Of a stretch of 64,000 bases of DNA, positions 60,723 to 64,000 are shown piece after piece (position 1 is the first letter of the stretch; every line of letters begins with the position of its first letter). Under the pieces are notes generated by a model. That model was not told where the DNA came from and did no database searches. It saw only the letters and a list, made by a program, of their open reading frames with translations. This DNA is from an uncultured cyanobacterium. GTDB lineage: Bacteria > Cyanobacteriota > Cyanobacteriia > Cyanobacteriales > CAWUOF01. The stretch spans positions 3,424,001 through 3,488,000 of the forward strand of contig CAVUSO010000001.1 in NCBI GenBank assembly GCA_963744145.1, written 5' to 3'. Both the position numbers and the translations under genes were made by a program.

Positions 60723-61783
60723 ATTCCTTTAACTCCTACGAATTAATTACTCAAACTTTTGTGAATTTGCGCCAAAGTGGATTTAAACTAGGTGTAGAGG
60801 AACTTTTAGCAGCAAGAGCAGCAATTAAAGGAGGATTTGGTGATACTCCAGAAACATTAGCAGAAACATTAAAAATTTTATGGTGTCATTCTCTAGCAGA
60901 CCAAAGTCGGTTTGATCCGATTTTCAAATCTTTATCCGATCGCATAACTAAACCATCTGAAGAATCTTCATTACCAGAATCTCCCATTTCCTCTGATCGA
61001 GAGATAGTACCTGAACACCAAGAAGTATTATATCCCAAACCTTGGCAAGAAACGGTAACAGAAATACAACCCCAACCAGCATTAGCATCTTTAGCAGTTC
61101 GAGCACCTTCAATCCAGAAAGCAGATCAAGAAAAATTTCCCTTTGAAACCTATTATCCCATTACTCGCCGGAAAATGGCTTATCAATGGCGATATCTACG
61201 ATGTCCTATTGCTAATGGACTGCTAGATCTATTAGATATCGATGGGACAATAGAGCAAACTGCTCACCAGGGATTTTACTTAGCTCCTAATTATCAGAGA
61301 CGGGAACAAAACCATGTCCATTTATTAATGTTAGTAGATCAAAATGGTTCGATGACTCCTTTTCACCGCTTCAGTCGTGATTTAGTGGAAACTGCTAGTA
61401 ATGAAGGAGGTTTAAATCCGGAAAAAGTGGATGTTTTTTATTTTCAAAATATCCTTTCAGCTACTCTTTATCAAGATATTTACCTCACCGAACCAATCAA
61501 ACTTAAAACTGTGTTAAATAGCTGCGATCGGCAAACCAGTATTTTAATCGTTAGTGATGCAGGTGCAGCAAGAGGTTATCGTAAACTAGACCGAATTCGA
61601 GCAACTAATAGCTTTCTATTTCAACTAAAACAACATACAAAACTAATTGCTTGGTTAAATCCGATGCCCAAATCCCGCTGGATGGGCAGTTCAGCAGAAA
61701 TTATTGCTAATCTAGTACCGATGTCAGCAATGGATGAAGATGGTTTAAGTAATGCAATTGATATGATTCGGGGAGTTAAATAA
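60719..61783 (+). CDS. vWA (CoxE-like) domain protein
   Basis: ATGA overlap with MoxR; MIDAS-like DQNGSM, SDAG and WLNP. Confidence 0.88.
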   Translation: MNSFNSYELITQTFVNLRQSGFKLGVEELLAARAAIKGGFGDTPETLAETLKILWCHSLADQSRFDPIFKSLSDRITKPSEESSLPESPISSDREIVPEHQEVLYPKPWQETVTEIQPQPALASLAVRAPSIQKADQEKFPFETYYPITRRKMAYQWRYLRCPIANGLLDLLDIDGTIEQTAHQGFYLAPNYQRREQNHVHLLMLVDQNGSMTPFHRFSRDLVETASNEGGLNPEKVDVFYFQNILSATLYQDIYLTEPIKLKTVLNSCDRQTSILIVSDAGAARGYRKLDRIRATNSFLFQLKQHTKLIAWLNPMPKSRWMGSSAEIIANLVPMSAMDEDGLSNAIDMIRGVK

Positions 61784-62843
61784 ATAGCGATCGGATTACT
61801 TGTTTAATTTCTTCCAGTTTACTAGCTACTTGTCCATTAGTTAACATAGTTTTGGCTTGAGTGAAACCAGAAGGAAGGTCAGCACAAACACCACAACACC
61901 ATAGATAAAACCCAGCATTCCAAATAGTTGCTGCTTGTAGTTCACCAGATTTACCTTGTAACACTGTCTGGATCTGTTCTACTAACTGATTAGTAGGCTC
62001 TAATGCTACTTCTTTACCATCAAAACCATATTCATGAGGATGAAGTAATAATCTTTCAAAGGTAATGTTTGCATCAGCATTTATTTCACCCATCCCAATA
62101 ATCGCAGTCCGATCGCGTGGTAAGTCACAACTTCCTTCTAATCCTTTGACAGTAGTAAAACGTTGGGGTTTTCCCCGCAGAGCAAAAGCTACTCGAAATA
62201 GATCTTCGGTTGGTGGATGGACAAAACCAGACACTAGATGAGCATTACCTGTATAAGGACACCAAATTAACTCTAAGGTTGATAGGGGTGGACGTTTACC
62301 AATTTGGGACCGATAAGGGACTAATCTATCAGCATCAGGAAAATGTTGGGGTAGATAGATAAACCCCAGCTTAGTTGTTTGGAAAACTTGCTGAACTTGT
62401 GCTAAAGATAAACCTCCCCAGCTAATTCCTAATCCTTGCCAAATTTCCATGAAGGGTATACCTTCTTTAGTAGGCATCCGATCGCCACCGTGCATAATGA
62501 CCGAATGTCCTGCTGCGGTTAGGATTAATGCAGTTAAGGGTGTAATTGGAGCTGTGCGCGATCGCCCATCATAGGGACAACTAAAAACTGTGACTGGTGA
62601 GGGAGGATCAAGAGGTGTTAATTTTTGCCCCAATTCCTCATAAGCATCTAACATTCCAGCTAATTCAGCCCCAGTCGGTCTTTTCATCCGGTGAGCAATC
62701 AGAAAAGCGCCAATTTGTGCTGGTGTTGCTTCTTGTCGCAACATCATTTTTGTAGCTTCATTTGCTTCTGCACGAGTTAAATCTGTACCTGTATGCGGAC
62801 CACTACCTATTTTCCGCAATAATTCCCGGAATTCATTACTCAT
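61776..62843 (-). CDS. cnaT: Anthranilate phosphoribosyltransferase-like protein CnaT
   Basis: Motifs FRELLRKIGSG, ATPAQIGAFLIAHR, PYDGRSR and VKGLEGS; directly downstream of an ntcB-like gene, as in nitrate-assimilation clusters. Confidence 0.8.
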   Translation of the reverse strand: MSNEFRELLRKIGSGPHTGTDLTRAEANEATKMMLRQEATPAQIGAFLIAHRMKRPTGAELAGMLDAYEELGQKLTPLDPPSPVTVFSCPYDGRSRTAPITPLTALILTAAGHSVIMHGGDRMPTKEGIPFMEIWQGLGISWGGLSLAQVQQVFQTTKLGFIYLPQHFPDADRLVPYRSQIGKRPPLSTLELIWCPYTGNAHLVSGFVHPPTEDLFRVAFALRGKPQRFTTVKGLEGSCDLPRDRTAIIGMGEINADANITFERLLLHPHEYGFDGKEVALEPTNQLVEQIQTVLQGKSGELQAATIWNAGFYLWCCGVCADLPSGFTQAKTMLTNGQVASKLEEIKQVIRSLFI

Positions 62844-62886
62844 CGTTGTGGCTCCACAGCAATTCTAAAAAATGATGATTTGGTTC

Positions 62887-62923
62887 GTAGTAAGCGCAAA
62901 GAGCGCACTAAAACGCTTACTAC
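62887..62923. repeat. GTAG-flanked REP-like hairpin between ntcB and cnaT
   Basis: Inverted repeat gtagtaagcg...cgcttactac. Confidence 0.55.
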
Positions 62924-62952
62924 AAGATAGTTATTTAATTTTTATCCCTTAG

Positions 62953-63939
62953 TCAAGCGACTTGATAGGAAATAGGTGAAATAGATTTTTGATGATTCTG
63001 AACTATTGGTGGCACTAATTCTTGCACAAGATGCCAAAAATATCCAATTGGTGGAATTGACAATCGATCGCGGGTGGTGACAAGTGCTACTTGACGGGTT
63101 AAAGCTGGTTCGGTCCAGGTATTCTTAGTCAGAACTGATGATGTTGAACCACTCGCGATCGGACGAATAGTGACAGTGGGATCGCAACGAGCATCTAATA
63201 AAGCTGACTGGGGTAACATTGCGATCATTTCTCCTTGTCGGACTACTCCGCGAAAAGCATCTGGACTATTTAGTTCTAAAGCTACTTGGAGATTTTGTCC
63301 ATGTCGCGAAAATTCTTCTTGGATCAGACGTTGCATTCCATAACCGTCTTTAAATACTATTTGAGAATAATGACTTAATTCTGACCAGGGTACTTGTTCA
63401 TATTGGGCTAGGGGATGATGAACAGCCATTAAGATTTCGATTGGTTCATCATAAAGGACTTCTACTACCATATCCTGACTAACCGTTAATTGTCGATTGT
63501 TCATCACGATCGCTAAATCTACTAGACCATCTTTCAAGACTTTTAACGCACGATCGCTCCCGAGGGAAGTAACTCGTAACTGTACCTCTGGGTAATTTTG
63601 ACAGAACTTCTGCAATACTGGGGGTAAATAATGAGCGCAGACCGAATGAATCGCAGCTACACATAATTCTGGCTGTTTCCCAGCTAATAAATCGGCTAAT
63701 TCCTGGGTAGCATTGTACCAGTGCTGACAAATTTTCCGAGCATTGGGTAAAAAACGCTCTCCTGCTAAGGTTAGTTTAGCCTGGACATTTCGATGAAACA
63801 GGGGTAACCCCAACGCAGCTTCTAATGCTTGCACCTGACGACTGATGGTTGATTGGGTAAAGCCACATTTTTTCGCTGCTTGTTGAAAACTACCTGTTTC
63901 CGCGACTGCTAGAAATGCTTGCAATTGCTCTAACCGCAT
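62953..63939 (-). CDS. ntcB: LysR-family regulator NtcB
   Basis: LysR HTH MRLEQLQAFLAVAETGSFQQAA...QSTISRQ, LGSDRALKVL and synteny with cnaT. Confidence 0.82.
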   Translation of the reverse strand: MRLEQLQAFLAVAETGSFQQAAKKCGFTQSTISRQVQALEAALGLPLFHRNVQAKLTLAGERFLPNARKICQHWYNATQELADLLAGKQPELCVAAIHSVCAHYLPPVLQKFCQNYPEVQLRVTSLGSDRALKVLKDGLVDLAIVMNNRQLTVSQDMVVEVLYDEPIEILMAVHHPLAQYEQVPWSELSHYSQIVFKDGYGMQRLIQEEFSRHGQNLQVALELNSPDAFRGVVRQGEMIAMLPQSALLDARCDPTVTIRPIASGSTSSVLTKNTWTEPALTRQVALVTTRDRLSIPPIGYFWHLVQELVPPIVQNHQKSISPISYQVA

Positions 63940-64000
63940 GATTATGTGGCCTAAATGACACTTTTGATTTAGTTTCAACCTAGCTGATCTACAAATTTGT

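Noticed and set aside
1..64000. tRNA, rRNA or riboswitch (for example a cobalamin riboswitch before metH)
   Set aside because: No recognisable signature was seen. The metH upstream region is short and AT-rich.

Overview
This is a low-GC cyanobacterial chromosomal window, judged from abundant HIP1 GCGATCGC octamers and the cnfR/patB, ntcB and cnaT genes. Housekeeping genes (glk, dps, polA, selO, metH) are interleaved with three defence or conflict islands. (1) A DISARM-like pair: a frameshifted DrmD-type SNF2 helicase and a 1738-aa adenine methyltransferase, with no drmABC nearby. (2) A type III-D CRISPR-Cas locus: cas10, RAMP genes, csx10, csx19 and cas6-HTH, plus an array of 22 full repeats and 1 degenerate repeat. 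It has no cas1/cas2 and no recognisable CARF effector, and an SDR gene sits inside the operon. A second, repeat-less copy of the CRISPR leader brackets the locus, and many spacers are GC-rich and hairpin-forming. (3) A MoxR-vWA/iSTAND ternary system with Trypco2, a CHAT protease, a duplicated EAD-like adaptor and a displaced FGE-sulfatase gene. Two IS4-family elements with 10-bp target duplications are present, along with MITE/REP-like repeats, tandem paralog pairs and an Sbp-SulP sulfate module. All family calls come from reading motifs and gene context by eye; no database searches were run.
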